From the NCBI RefSeq assembly GCF_964355755.1, contig NC_092671.1, positions 32,994,304 through 33,058,303 on the forward strand: a stretch of 64,000 bases of DNA. Reading direction: 5' to 3'. Within the stretch, counting starts at the first letter, position 1. Each line of letters opens with the position of its first letter. The position numbers and the translations under genes were made by a program. Source of the DNA: Antedon mediterranea (Eukaryota; Animalia; Echinodermata). Below are positions 1 through 14,680 of the stretch, in pieces. The notes under the pieces are model-generated. The model did no database searches. It worked only from the letters and a program-made list of their open reading frames with translations, and was not told where the DNA came from.

Positions 1-2231
1 CTGTAACAGAAAAACCATACTGTAACAGAAAAAAACACCACCCTATATTTCCCCCACCAAAAATCCCCTTGTAATTGTATACAGTATTGTTAAAAAAAAC
101 AATGATTTTTCTGGATGTTGAGTGTAGAAATTATCATTGTTATAACAAGCGGTGTCAGTTTTCACTTCAATACTACTATAATACAGCAATAAATAATGCT
201 ACTACTATTGACGTCATCAAATGATACCCATGGTAATACAATGAATTATTCATTACCTGCCAAATATGGTCATTTGCCATCTATCGCCTCAGGTTTTTCA
301 TTAATCGTTGAAGTGGAACCAGTTTACGCATACTTAATTGACAGAGAGGATCGTTCAAGTGTTTCATGTACTGTATCATGTTTTATATTTTTAAACTGTA
401 TGTTGTTATTGTAAATAAAGGTTTTGAATAAAATCTGAACATTGTATTGGATTGGGGTGGATTGGCAGTTTGTTATGTTGTTAGTGTTAGTGTGATGTCA
501 TCATATAATATTGTAATGAGATTTGTGTTCTCTTTGTGATAGTTTGTGTACAGTAGTTTGACAGCAAGGTCACTTCTGTAAATGTAGGCGTAGTAATTTA
601 TTCAAAATATAATTATGGTAATATGGTAACAATACTAACATATTGTCAACATAAAGTAGTAAATTTATTATTAATTTAAAATGGTTATTCAAATTTTCCT
701 ATGTACAGTTTGACAATTTTTAAGTAAATTAATTTAATGAATTTAAATTAATGTTAATACAAACTATAATACAGTGTGAATGTGACATACAATGATTGAG
801 TTGGCATCTAATTAATTCTATTTAATTAAAAAGTGGTTTAAAAATGTTTTTGATTAATTTAATTTTAATAAAAAAATAATCTATTCCTTATTATTAATAA
901 TTACTTAAACTGTTTTCAGATGACAGATTTATTTATCCATAGAATGAAAAGTTTAAAAAATTAAATCAAATTAGTTCATTATTAATATTAAAATATGATT
1001 GGATGATACACACTGTTCAATAATTAGAAAGATTAAAAATACAATTTGCAGATAATAAGCCAGTTAAAAAAGATTACTATTAAAACGTCAATTAAAACTT
1101 TTCTTTTTAATTAATTTACTAAGTATTTTAGGCGCTCTGTTCTTTGTAGGGTGCCATATAAAAACTTGTATAAAATACTATAATACGAAAAGATAAGATT
1201 ACCATATTATTTTAAACTTTTAAATTGTAAATACTAAAAGTGGTATTTTATTTGGTTATTATCAATTAATGTTCATGTTACTTGCTATACTATTATATCA
1301 AACCAGTGTATGGTACTGTACATATAAAGTACAACATTCTACTGTATATTATAATTACAACATACAGTGATTTAATAATTATTCCTTATAATACAGTATA
1401 GGTTGGTACATGGATTTTAAATTACCTACAAACATACAGTAAATATAATTCCTATTATCAGTACATGAATTTTGAATTACATACACTACAGTAATTATTA
1501 ATAGTACATTTAATATTTTATTATGCACCGTACTGTACATCGTGATTATGTGACATCGTTAGTGTGAAGAGTTTTCAAAAAGACCTTGAATATACTCGCT
1601 GAATATTCAATGTGCTGGCTTAATGCATCAGCAGCGATTCTAATCAACGAGTTGAACGTGACAACCTGTTCAATACTATACTGCGTAGTGGCTAATGTTT
1701 AGATACATACATAATTATTATACATCAATAGTTAATGTCATTTTGCGGGAGGAATGAACTCTAGAGTATGTAAATTCGTGTTTTGTTGGTATTTGATTTG
1801 AACAATTTTTATTTCTCTGTACGATCTTCCATTTTTGATTTGTAAGTTTATATAAAAGTCTAATTTTTTGATAGCTATAGGGTCAAAATAATGTCAAATT
1901 ATTTTAAAACCCGGTTTGACAAACATCATGTGATATTACTGTACAGTACTGTATACTGATCAAAAATAATTTGCTGTATCTGTACATTTTGGGCTCTCCA
2001 CTGAACTGTTAAATGCCAATTGAATTTAAATTCAAATAAATTTACTGTATTTCTCAAAATAACATTAACAAGGATAACAAAAATCTTGAGAAAAAGGTAC
2101 TCCATTAGCAAAGTTTTAATTGTGGGTTCCGTCAAGCAACATAATTTTAAATAAATGTAAATTGAAAAAAAACGAGAAAAAAAAACCAGAAAGGTGATTT
2201 TTACAGTGCTGATTGGATCTTCAATCAGAAA

Positions 2232-3297
2232 TGTTCAGACCCATAGCGTTAGACCGTTTTAGCGTACAACGTTACTAGCAAGGTCACATTACAAACCGCA
2301 GAGAGAAAAATGAGGTGACCCATATAGCGTACGATTATCGTTACAACGGAAGTGCGTCATTCAGGTTGTTTCTAGTTGCATATTCATGTGCTCTTATCCA
2401 CGTGTTTTCATCATTATTTCCACTGTATAGGCCTAGATCTCAGCCCTACAATTACAGTATGACAAAATTTGCCGTAAATAAAACATACCTCAGCATTTAT
2501 TTAAGAAAAATATAGTAAAGCCAAATTTCTGTTTCTATTGTTTTTATTTTGTAGTAAAAAAACATTTTCCCCAGGCTCGTGTTACGAAAATGAAGCAGGC
2601 CTCCTAATGATGAAGAAAAAATAGATTGTGATTAGTCTATTCAGTCCAGTCAACGATATATATTCTTTGGTCCAGTCGGTTGAAAATAACCCTTAACTTG
2701 CTAATAAAAAAGACACAGCTCCTCTTGTTTGTTTACTGAATTTTGAGGGTTTTCAGCATTAAACTTGTCCAGTCTAGTCTGCCTTTATGAATGAGTGACT
2801 TGATGTCCCACGCTAGTTTTTAGCTTGAATGAAATGTGTGAATGGCTCTAGGCCTAGCTAGGCCTAAAAGCGGACGGGATCATAGTCCCTATGTTTAAAT
2901 ACAAGGTGCATGTATTTATGTCATTTGTTAGATAATATATAATAATGGTAATCAGTTGATAGTGGTTTGTAGCCTTTGTAACAGTTGTATTTGTAGTCTA
3001 TTTAGGCCTTATTTTATTTTGGCCTTTTTGTTATTGAAATCCATCTCACACATTGACGATACAAGATGTCAGTCTAGGTCAAACCTTGTTTCGCGTCATA
3101 ACAGGAAACGTTCTGATTGGATACAACGTTGACTTACAGTAGCGTCGTACGCTAAAACGGTACTATATCAACCGTTTTCCACTACAACGCTACAACCGTT
3201 GTACGACGCGTTGTACGCTAATCCCCAACTGTTCAGACACACATTCTTTTAGCGTCGTACGCTAAAACGGTCTAACGCCATGGGTCTGAACAGGGCC
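2232..3297. mobile_element. PIF/Harbinger-like non-autonomous element (~1.07 kb)
   Basis: Inverted termini TGTTCAGACCCAT(A/G)GCGTTAGACCGTTTTAGCGTAC; right end GGGCC followed by TTA; left terminal bases eroded. Confidence 0.8.
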
Positions 3298-5319
3298 TTA
3301 ATGTCAAACCATTTCTAATTTTTGAATAATTTATTATTTTTCATAAATAAAATCTGTGTAATCATAATAATAGTTGGTTTTGTACGTACCTTATATCTTC
3401 TGTTCGAAATCTGTCTCGTGAAGCAGTGACCATAAAAAAATAATAAATAGCTTACTGCAGTCACGCAAGGCCCTTTTAATACTTTCATGTGCGCTATAGT
3501 TTATGATGGCTGCTTTGTGAAATTAACTAATTTGAGTTTAAGTCAGAGATATTATTAAGCTCAATGGTTAAGTATAGAAAACTATGTCATGCAATGTTAA
3601 AAGACAAGATAGAGGAGTGACTAGATGATGGTGAATCATACAGTAGGGAAAGAATAATGAGGACAATTTACAAAGTCATGGGTAATTTATTCGCAGTGGA
3701 CACTAATTTATAAATGTCTATTTCGTGCCTACAGTAGCATACCTGTATAAACCAACAGTAGCCGGTATTATTGCCAGACGCTCGTGCAACTACCGCTGCG
3801 CCTCAATATTTTTGTCAGGACCCTATATAATAAAGTAGTCTAACTGATCTATACAGCTCCCAGTCTGGGTGCCTGCAGACTCTATAGGGATCTCAAAAAG
3901 CATTTTTCCACCAGGGGCCCTGAATAATAAAAATAAAAAAAAAAAAGTTCTGAGGAAATCTGCAAACATCTCTGTAGGTCATTAACCTAGCTCACCGCAT
4001 CATTTCACACCTCAAACTTTCTTAACGAATAATCTATGGCGATTAATTTTCAATTTAAACAAATAATTTCTTTGGTCAGTTTCCACTTAAATGACTGCAA
4101 AGTTCAATGTAAAATGTTTACTGTGAAAATGCATAATATTATTGTTTAGTTGGACACGAACTTGTTATCCTTAAACTTGACCTGGTATACGGTAGTACAA
4201 TACAGTAGGTGCTGCCTGTCCAGGTAACTGATGTGATGAAGAAATAGTTTACATACATGTGTTTAAATTGAGGCCAACCGAGGACTTCTTGGAATATTAA
4301 ACACTTGGGGCTCAACATGTCTGGTAGGTTTAACAATAACATCCTTTGTACTGGTATAATTTATTATTATCAGACTGTTTACTTGGAAATTTCAATTCAA
4401 AAATGAATCATGAACAGTTGTAGTTCTAGGCCTACAGTACTGAAACATAAAATGAAATTGCAGTTTGGTGTTGTGATACAAGTCACAAGTGCCAATCACT
4501 GTCAACCTGTCATTTATACATCGATACTGTGTGTGGTCTGTTGATAGATGTTGCCACAAACACTTATGGCATGGTACCACAGAAGATGAGATGAGGAGAA
4601 TGTCAATAAAAACCCACATGGAGCGGACATGCTGGTTTCCACTTTCTGGTAGCGGGTGAACGGAAGGAATAAGACACGCAAAGATGTAGATAATGATGCC
4701 AGTAATTACGATGTATGAACGATAGGATGTTTGTACAGATGAGAAGGATCAAATTTTAATAAAGTATGGAAAAGCAGTGGACATTACTGATGGCACTAAT
4801 TATGCAATATTGGCTATAAATAAAACTCACTCACTGATATATACAAGAAACATTTAGTACTATATTTTGAAAATGCATAAATCTTGAAAATAGTAAGAAA
4901 ACTTATTAAATTTATTTTAATGGTGGAAATTACCTTAAATGAATGAATGTTCTTAAAAATTGGTATGCCATCCTATAGTTGTTGTGGCAATGCTACACTG
5001 TACTGTAGATTCACAATTTAATATACTACTGTACAATACTGTACTCTAGGTGTAAATGCTAGATTGCATACTGTATACTGTGCAGAGAAGTGAGAACTCA
5101 AATTTTACAGTAGGCCAATGTATTTCACCCTTCCACCCAGCTTATAGTACAGTAACTGGGCATCCTATTCACCTACATATCTACTGTGAGGTCTTTAAGT
5201 CACATGGTCATTAATCAGTTATTTTATAATAACCACCCAAAAAATCTAGTTGACCATACAAGTAAAACATTCAATTTGTTTTTTTTGTTAGCTTTTTTTT
5301 GTTAGCTAATATATTGTAC

Positions 5320-5350
5320 CAGGGAAGAGTTAAATTACAACTCTTCCCTG
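5320..5350. mobile_element. 31-bp hairpin insertion with a 7-bp TSD (ATTGTAC); P-superfamily-like remnant
   Basis: ATTGTAC-CAGGGAAGAGTTAAATTACAACTCTTCCCTG-ATTGTAC. Confidence 0.7.
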
Positions 5351-8300
5351 ATTGTACCTTCAGTATATCTCTATAAACAATTTCCTAGAAATTGGATGGC
5401 ATGTTTTGATTAACTGGTATAATTGCAACCTACTTTTCAGTATAAATCCACATTGCATTTTTTTTTTTAAAGCTTCGCAAACACATTAGTTACAAATTTT
5501 CTTTTGTAATTTAATCTTGAGTACTCACATATTGCACATAATTTGTTAACGAATTCAATTGAATTGACGTTTTTGTTTAAATTGTTTCTCTTTGAATAGT
5601 TTTTGTTGAGTAGAACGAAAAATGTTGCTAGTTGCGTTGTGGACAGTAGCTATTTTGTTGTGATATTATAAAACCGAAGTCAAGTTTGGTGTGTGGCTCA
5701 TTTTTTTTTTCATACAGTTACTGTAAGTAATGTATTTCAATGGTCTTTAGCTGAAGTTGAAGGGCCCAATGAAGGAACAGATTTTTTAAAAAAGAATCTT
5801 AAAAAACAATACATTTTAAAATTTGATTGATATTATAGCCAATACAGTATTTTACATTCCTGGTACTATTTACAATATGTATGTTCTTCTGGTCGGTACT
5901 GTAAGTTAAATTTTGACTTCTCTACTGAAACAAAACTGGTGATGTGAATTATAAATGGCATTGCAGTACAATACATTACAAAAATAATTCAAGGGTGCAT
6001 AAATTCCAGATATAGGACATCAAATTAAGATTAGCTCTTTATTTCACCATTTTTAGGCCCTGTACCACCTCGCCCCTCCCTATTTCAAAATTCTGGATCC
6101 GCCACTAGAATGGCTATTAAAACATCAGATTGTTATTGTTCGAAAACAAGGTAATTGATAATGAACTTTTTCCGACCACACACAGGTACCATTTTTTTTA
6201 AATTCAGCAGAAACAGGACTAATAATAAAACTTTAATTTTAATGTGTTTTAAGTGATTTTGTTTGTCACCTGTCTCAGAACACATTTCTAAGAATATGTT
6301 ACTTACAACTCAGCTGGTTTTCATTAATTATTGTTCCTACCTGTCACAACACATTAAAGCATTATATATAAATTTAAGTCTGACATTGTGGTCAGTTTTA
6401 AACAACTGTTCACACCACCCTCTCACACCAGAGGGTGGAACAACAAATGTGGATGTTTGATTGGTTACCATAGTTACAGATATACATGTATTGTGTAATA
6501 TTAAGAGAATAAAGTTTAGTTGGTCACTTATCAAATTTCCAAGAAGTGGGAGTGCAGACAGTTGGGCATGGGCAGCCAGGTGTTCCAAAATATCATGTGA
6601 TAATTGAGGGATAATTAATTCCAAAAATAAATTATTTAACAGATCATACTGTTTACAGTGGAGAACCACTGCAATTAAATACTGTGCTATTTTTCCACTT
6701 TGATTGACACATGAAGTGTTTTTGCTGTGCCAAGCATATTATCAGCAATTAACAAAAAAACAAATTTATTTAATCAACTCTTTATCTTTTTAGATTTGTT
6801 ATTTTGGTATGTGAAATATTCATTATTATTTAATTAATATTTATCTAGATATTGTGATGCAAAATGTACAGTATGCTACTGTAGGCCTACGTGATGATTG
6901 ATATTAATTGTATTATTAGTCAGTTTGGGGACATTGTCACCAGTAGCCCTTGGCAGATCTAGGATTTTGAAAAAGGGGGAGGGGAGCATGGCCTAACAAT
7001 TGTATTGTAAGATGAAGTGCTGAACGTAACCTAAGACCAAATAAACAAGAAATATTTCTTACAAAAAACGCTGCTCGCTTATTGACGTAACAGTTTTAAA
7101 GAAAAATACTCTAGTCTTCTACTAGGCGTCAACCTCTGAATAAATTTCAGGGGAGAGAGGGTTTTTTATATTATTTATTTTATTATTTTCCTCTGAAGTA
7201 GCATTTTAAATACAGTACATCATTGACATTTGGTTTATAATTCCATTATTTTGAAATAAACTAAAACCATGTAAAACATGAACAAATGAATCACAATTTA
7301 TTGCTATAAAATTGTTCCTGTCAAATGTTATAATTTTATTGGTCATTTAAAAAAAAACAAAGGCTGTTCAAAAATCATGGGAGGACAGTGATGCTTAAAG
7401 GTATTTTTTCCCCCAATGTCCTATATTTTGCATTGTAATTTTAAATCTTTAGGTTGGTTTTATATAATTTATAAAATAATATTTTAAAGAACATTACTGT
7501 AAACAACAAGGGATACTGTACATAATTATATTGAAGCAAATTTAATTTTTTATATTTCAATACAAAAATCAAAAATTGTATACCGGCCTATTGAAGAATA
7601 TAAACCATAACAATTTTCATTTGACAGTAGGCCTGTGCATGTAATGTAATGGAAAAAGCCAGCAACAATGCAAATGAGATAGCTATTTTCAAATTCACAA
7701 AGAGGCATGTCTTAATTGGATAAAATAATTTGCATTGAATAAGGTCACCTAAATATACAGTACATCTACTTAGCAATACTATAATTAGCTGTTCTCTGAA
7801 ACTCTACGTAAAGGGTCAGTGTATTATAATACTAATATTTGTTCATTTTTTTGTCACAGTCCCTCTTAACAATTGACCTTGCCTTGGAGGCTAGCCGCCA
7901 GTTTTATCAGTGAATAGACTGGTACCGAGACAGCACTTCTATTATTGAAAGTTTGCTATCAGCGGCAAGGCCATTTAAAGCCTTTTGATGTTGATGGCAG
8001 CTAGCCATAATAAGTGGTTTACAACAATGTAGGATATTTTTTATCTAGCCCTTTTCATTCATCAATACTTAATTGCATGTCCTCTTTGTTCTACTGGTTC
8101 TACCTGTGTTTTGGTGGCATTGTTTTCAAATTGTGTAAACTTCTTTTTCTCAGTGTTTTTAGATAATTTTATCATCCAATTAGTAATGTACATGTGCAGA
8201 AAATTCTATACTGATGGTGTATTACTAAAAGTAGTCTATTGTAAAAATGAACAAAACAGGCATTAATCTACTGTTTCTTTATTCGTAATTTTGTTAAATA

Positions 8301-11253
8301 TACAAAAATAACTAACAGTAATTTAAATTCTCAGGTGATAGACCTATTGCAGCCTTGTAATGTAATTAAATTGTAAAGTTGAAGATCGTATTGATGATCT
8401 TAAATACGTTGAGGTTGGCGAATGTAGAATGGCATACCCTGTATGCCTCAAAGCATCTCAGAGGTGTCCTTTCAATCCATTATATTGTTTCAGAGCCTTT
8501 GAAAAAAAAACACATTTCGTTTTAAATCAATTAAATCTAAATTTATTCAGAATTGAAAATACTGTAAACTGACATCTTTAATTATCAAATTGTTTTAATA
8601 AAATTTTACTCATTTATTTTTTTTTTATCATTAATTAAGCATAACACTAAAACAGTGATTAGTAGTGATTTCATCAAATTATGTGTTTACTCATGCATTA
8701 CATTTTAGTTAGGTCACATTTTATCAACCCTTTCAGCCTTCTGTTTGTTTGTGTAATGACATATGAAAAATACCTACTGTATTAAAAACCCCTGCTACTT
8801 TTGTTTATGCTCTTCAAAACAAAAGCCTAATAATAATATGCAAGGAATGCCCACTATTTGTCTGTAAAACAATCAATAAATATGGAATGCCTACTCTATT
8901 TAAATTCCACTGATATGATTCAGATATAGAATTTTGTTAGTGAGTGCGCGTCAAAAACAAATAGTATTGTTGTAATATTGACTCCACCCATTTTCAACCT
9001 GCATGAGCAGACTAGAATGATTTGTGTTGGCTGAGGTCATTGTTAGCAGTAATGCTCAGTGAAGCAAATCCTGAGTACAAAGGTCATTGATTGTGTTGGC
9101 CAGTTCTGTATATTTATTATAATTATGTGACGAGTTGTGAAGACATACAGTTGCTGCATGTGCTTTGGTAGCCTAGGTTGTCATCTGCTTAAAATAAATT
9201 GGATTCATACTATTATATTTGTTGTACTTAGATTATTTTAAATAGGTAAGTGCTAATAAAGTATTTAATTATATATAATAAAGCTCATCATACAGTAAGT
9301 AAGCATGTTGTTTTATAATTTGTGTAGGATATAAATCTTTTTACAATAATTATTAATAGATAGTCCGATGCCTTTAGTTTGACAAGTATGTTTCAATTTC
9401 AGGTCATATTTTTTGTTTTACACTAAAATATTAATTTATGTCAGTGTCTGTATTGATGAAGGAAAAATTATAGGAGTATTTTTTAATTAAAAATATATTT
9501 GTTATTATTTACAAATAATATACAGTAGATAATATCGTACTGAACTGAACTGAACTTTTATTGTATCTCTTTTAAATCAGAGGCACAGTCTCAATGAGAT
9601 GTGCAACAAGTTTACAGTGAAAAATAATACATACACACTTAAATATAAATACAAAACAAGAAATTAGACATAAGAACAAAATAAAAAAAAAAAAAAAAAA
9701 ATTTAAGAAAACTGAGACAGATTAAATACTAAGAAAATGAATAAATTAAGTTTGAGAAGGAATTGTATTATATATATCATTTCGTGTGTTCCAAACCATG
9801 GTCAGAAAAATTTTACAATGTTTGTCGAAAATAATACTTGCTAATTCGTACTGTAGTAGTAGTATTTTTACAGTACAGTAGATCTACAGTATCAAACATA
9901 TCCTTTATATTGTGTTCCTTATTTTTTTATTATAACTTGTGAATTTAAACTGAAATTAATTTCATCATACTGATCGACCTTTGTAATACCAGGATGCAAT
10001 ACTGTACATAGTTTGTTTGCTATGATTGTGCATCATTGGTTTAAACTAGCTACTGTACAGTATGTATGCAGTGCTGTACCACATTCCTACAAAAAAAAAA
10101 AAAAGCGAGATGATTTTCCACTTTGAAATTAATAAATTAACAACCAACCCCACCCCCAAAATTCAAACAAATAAAACTCAACTTAATAATTCAATAAAAA
10201 ATAATTTTAAACAAATTTATTTTAATGGATTTTGAATTTTAAGATGTACAGTATTAAAAAACACATGTTATTAATATTATAAATGAATCTATTACCAATA
10301 CTACACAATTCATTACGAATTGAATGAGCTGATTTAATATCTTCACTGAATTTTGAATTTCAGTATGGTTGGTTCAGATTAAATATTTCACTGTATAAAA
10401 CAGATTAAATTTTGTATGCTTGAATTGGAATATTATTTATAAGATGTCACCTGAAAATCAAATGTGACAATTTACATTTAAAGCAAATTTGTACATAAAT
10501 ACTGCGATCAGAAAATGTTGTTAATTATAAATAATAATGGTTTAAATAAAGTGGATTCGTGGGTTTTATTATTGGTTTTAATAAAATACTGTCTTATTAT
10601 TATTTTAACTAAATGTCGTTCCAAAAATTATTTTAAAAGAAATACTGTACTGTACATACATTTGTATTTGTATCATGTTCTTGCTTTTTTGTTAAAAATA
10701 TTATTTTGTTGAATTTATAATAAATAAAAGACTCATCAGCATTTTTTAGTTTCATTTTGCTTTGGATTTTTTTCTGTTATGTACGTAAATTTCTAAGAAG
10801 TAGCATTTCTTTAATTACTTTCAACAATACCACCAATAACACTATATTTATTATAAAGCTCAATTCTTCTTAAATCTCCTTAATATTTAAAATGCTATCA
10901 TATATTTTCTTAGTTTATAATAACAGACAGATTCAAAATACATTTGCAATTTAGTGATACTAATTAAAGATAACTAGACCATCCGCTTGAAGAATGAGTT
11001 TTCTCTGAAAATCTGACAGTTCTTCGATTTTTAGTATTAAATTACGTAGCTAATAGTGAATTTAAAAATTAAGTAAAATGTGATGTACAGTACAGTATTT
11101 TATAATTGTAATAAATGTGAATTTCTTAGAATTTTGAGGTGTTAAGAACAGTGTATGATCATTACGTTTAAGAATGGCACACTTGAGGCCTAAGCCACTG
11201 GTGGTGGATAAAAATATACTTAGTGAAATCTAACTGTTCCTGTACAGCCTTTT

Positions 11254-13247
11254 AGTAGGTATCCCAATGAAGCGGATTTTCGTTACCGCGATTTTAACAC
11301 GTTCGTGAAATTTCAAAAAGTGACGTGTCTTTGAAGTTAAAAATATACTATTTCTTATATACACATGTGAATAAAAATTATATGTCTGGAAAGATCTTGT
11401 TTAAGGGATTATTTTCATATATTTTTAATCTATGTTTATTAAATATTTTAATAGAAAACGCGAGTTAAAAATGAGGTACAAAAGCCGGCGAGCCTAAATC
11501 CGCGCGCTAAAAATAACTTTGGAAAACACCTACCCATTTTCAAAACACGATCGCACGAGGTCCATAATAGGTGGTGGAGTAATTTTTGTTGCATGTTATC
11601 AGGCTTTAAATACTCTTTATTTTGATATGTAAATCGGTTATTATTATTATCATCCGCCTCAAATGTCAATTTTAACGATAAAAATTGAATTTTTTAGTCT
11701 TTCTCATTATCAAAATCTGGCTAATTTAGTATTGAATTGAAGCTAATTTATATTTCTGTTTGATAAACCACATCGTTTTATTTGACTTTGCGTGGACCTC
11801 GTGCGAAGAGGCCAACAAGACCAACCACTGAAAAAAATAATCCCTACCATAAATATCAGTGTTTACCATTTTCCTTACGGGGGGGATTCAGTTCTCCGCT
11901 TATTACTAAATTACCGTTGCCCAGACAATGTGCATGGTATGCATGTATTAGCGCGTTAATTAATGATTGGATAACCCCTGCAGTGGACTGTTCCATTTTC
12001 TGAACTAGTCTTCGCCGCACACGAGGCATGTCGAAAAATGTCGCCTCTCATGGAATATTTGCTTCGAAACGTCAATTTTACCGATTTATTAAATTATTTA
12101 ATAAGTGGAATATTTATAAATCTGCTATATAAAGCAAGTACGTTAGGAAGAAATGTACCGAAGAAATTTAAGAAGCTTTGATTTTGCTATGCAGCGGCCG
12201 TAAGCCATTCTATGTAGGCGGCCGAAACGCGCTTTGGCCTGTGTTGCCGTTGTATGTCTACGCTGTTTCTTCTAGGCCTAAATTTTATTCCGTATATTTC
12301 AATTCAAAGTGCAACTTTCGGTTAGAAATAAAATTAAACATGTTACAATTATACCATTGAGGTAATTACTTTGTTAAATAAAAAATTTCTTCCCGATATT
12401 TCTTAGGCAGAATTTAGCGTCAGGCTTTTATTTAGACCTTAGCTAGGGGCCTATATAAACTTAACTTGTAGTAGGCGCGGCCGAGTCTACGTTCGGCCCG
12501 GCGCTCCAAATGGAATCGAACACATAATAAGCACGGGCTTAATTCTTATTTTTGGCGGTTCGAAAATCAATTAAAATAATATATGATTATAAATATAACT
12601 TTAAATACTAGAATTATTAAAAAAATGTATACTTACGAAAAATAATATTTAATGAAAAGAAACAATACCCACACAGTTTTTTAACGCAATATTTTTTTTT
12701 TTCACATTTTAACATTTTTTAACAATATTTTACCTGTCAATATAAATAACCTTACTAAAATACATATTACATTTTATGCAATGCAAAAAAAAAGAAATTA
12801 ATTCACACATTGGTTCAAAAGTTATGAATCATTTAAAGACAGGAACTTTTTGGGCATTTTTGAGACATTGGGAAAATCACGCGTAAGAAGCCCTCGGACG
12901 AATTTTGTAGGGCGATATCTAAAAAAAAAAATGTCGAGGACACCCAAAAAAAAAATATTCTTGTACAACTCTGTTGTATCTATGGGTTTGGAAAAAATAA
13001 GAACTTTAAAATTATTAGTATAAAAGTTATAACCCTTCAAAAATGGGTTCAAATATAATTAGAAAAAGTGCCATTTTTCAAGCAAAAATCACTGTTTTTT
13101 GGACACTTTAACGGACCATAACTTTTGAATGGATAATCCGATTTCAATCATTTAAATTGCAAAAGTTTATGTTCAGTAAGTTCCTTCTGATTAACTGAAA
13201 GAAAAAGTACCATCATTAATTTGAATTTTTACATTGGGATACCTACT
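11254..13247. mobile_element. ~2 kb non-autonomous DNA transposon, superfamily uncertain
   Basis: Perfect 16-bp TIR AGTAGGTATCCCAATG / CATTGGGATACCTACT; T-rich target (TTT or TTTTA duplication); CpG-richer interior with no transposase ORF. Confidence 0.8.
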
Positions 13248-14333
13248 TTTAGCATACATTATGTACCTACAGTATTTAATTTTCAGATGAACACTCAGGG
13301 TAACATTGTCATTGTGAGAGTTGACAAAATATACATTACTGTGTAGTACAGTAAACTCCTGTAAACATACTGTAGGAAAACTGTATTGAATTCTGTTATG
13401 TTATCTGTACCGAAAAGTTCTATCTAGGCCTAGTCATAATAGGATAAATATTAAGTGGTTTATATATAAAACAATCCAATAAAAAAAAAATAAAGTAAGC
13501 ATGATCAGACATTACAGAACAACCAAGAACCCAATCACAACATGATTTGTCCTTCAGGTCAAAGGTGAAAAATTATTGCATTTAACTGATAATTATTTGA
13601 TTTGAATGAGATACAGTAATTTTTTAACAGAACTGTTAATTATCGGTTAATTTTTGGCTGCGAAAACACGGCCTACTGTACTGCACAGTAGAAGATTGTG
13701 AATGGTTTTCTAAGGGTTGATTTCTGAAATCTACAGTATTCCCCCAAAAATGACGTTTTAGCATTGTACTGTATTGCAACGTACTGTATTACTATTTTTA
13801 ATAGATTTAATTGAAATTCAATTGGTATTGGTAACATGATTTCAAGGCTTTTTAATGGGGTTAAATTTCATGTAAAGTACTTGACTACATTATGATTATT
13901 ACAATCACTGTGACCTGATTATATTGATTATAAAAATAAGGATTGTATTTTATTTTACAATATTACAAATGAAAAATGTAGTATATTTTTAGAAACATAA
14001 TAAATGCCATTCCATAAGTAATGTTGTACTTTGAACTCTTCATATATTTTTTTTGTGACTGAACTATTACATTCCATAGTAAAATTTTAATATCTCATCA
14101 ACAGTTGAATTTAGTTCCAACTGTATACAGTATCTTATCACCAGTATTAAAGAACAATTCCAGGGTAGGCTTTTGACCAATTTGTGTTTAAGGTTAATGA
14201 ACTTGCAATTATGTAGAATAGACTAAAAAAACCAATTTTTAATAAATCCAATGCTACTGTACTTACTGTAGTTGTGTTGTTTGTTTAGAAATGTCATTGA
14301 GCCAGTATATAAGGACAAGATATAATGTAAGTA

Positions 14334-14515
14334 AAGCTTGGTTCCCACTAGGACATGTAAACGCAGTGCAATCATATTGACCAATGACAAGCTAAAGATT
14401 GAATAATTCATCGCTTGTGTTTGGTTAACCAGGGAAGAGTTAAATTAATTCTCTTCCCTGGGTTAACTAACTTATGTTATGTAATTGTTTTGCGTCTCTA
14501 GTGGAAACCAAGCTT
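14334..14515. mobile_element. MITE with TIR AAGCTTGGTT(C/T)CCACTAG at a TA/TWA site
   Basis: Inverted termini at 14334 and 14515; related to 53291-53442. Confidence 0.7.
14430..14460. mobile_element. Second copy of the 31-bp hairpin with a different 7-bp TSD (GGTTAAC), nested in a MITE
   Basis: GGTTAAC-CAGGGAAGAGTTAAATTAATTCTCTTCCCTG-GGTTAAC. Confidence 0.7.
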
Positions 14516-14637
14516 TACAATGAAAATACATTTCAATAGCATTTTATTAGTGTTTAATAATATTCTATTAAAAACAGGTTTGTTATTAGTATTAGTATTA
14601 CGGAATGCAAAGTTTACTAATATATTTAATAATATAC

Positions 14638-14680
14638 TTGCACTGATGAAGGGCTAGTGTTGCCCGAAAGCTCTGCTAAC
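14638..14680 (+). ncRNA. Putative minimal type I hammerhead ribozyme
   Basis: Core CUGAUGA at 14643-49, 4-bp stem II, GAAA at 14666-69, palindromic AGCU stem III, predicted cleavage after C14673, short stem I (GCA/UGC). Confidence 0.5.
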
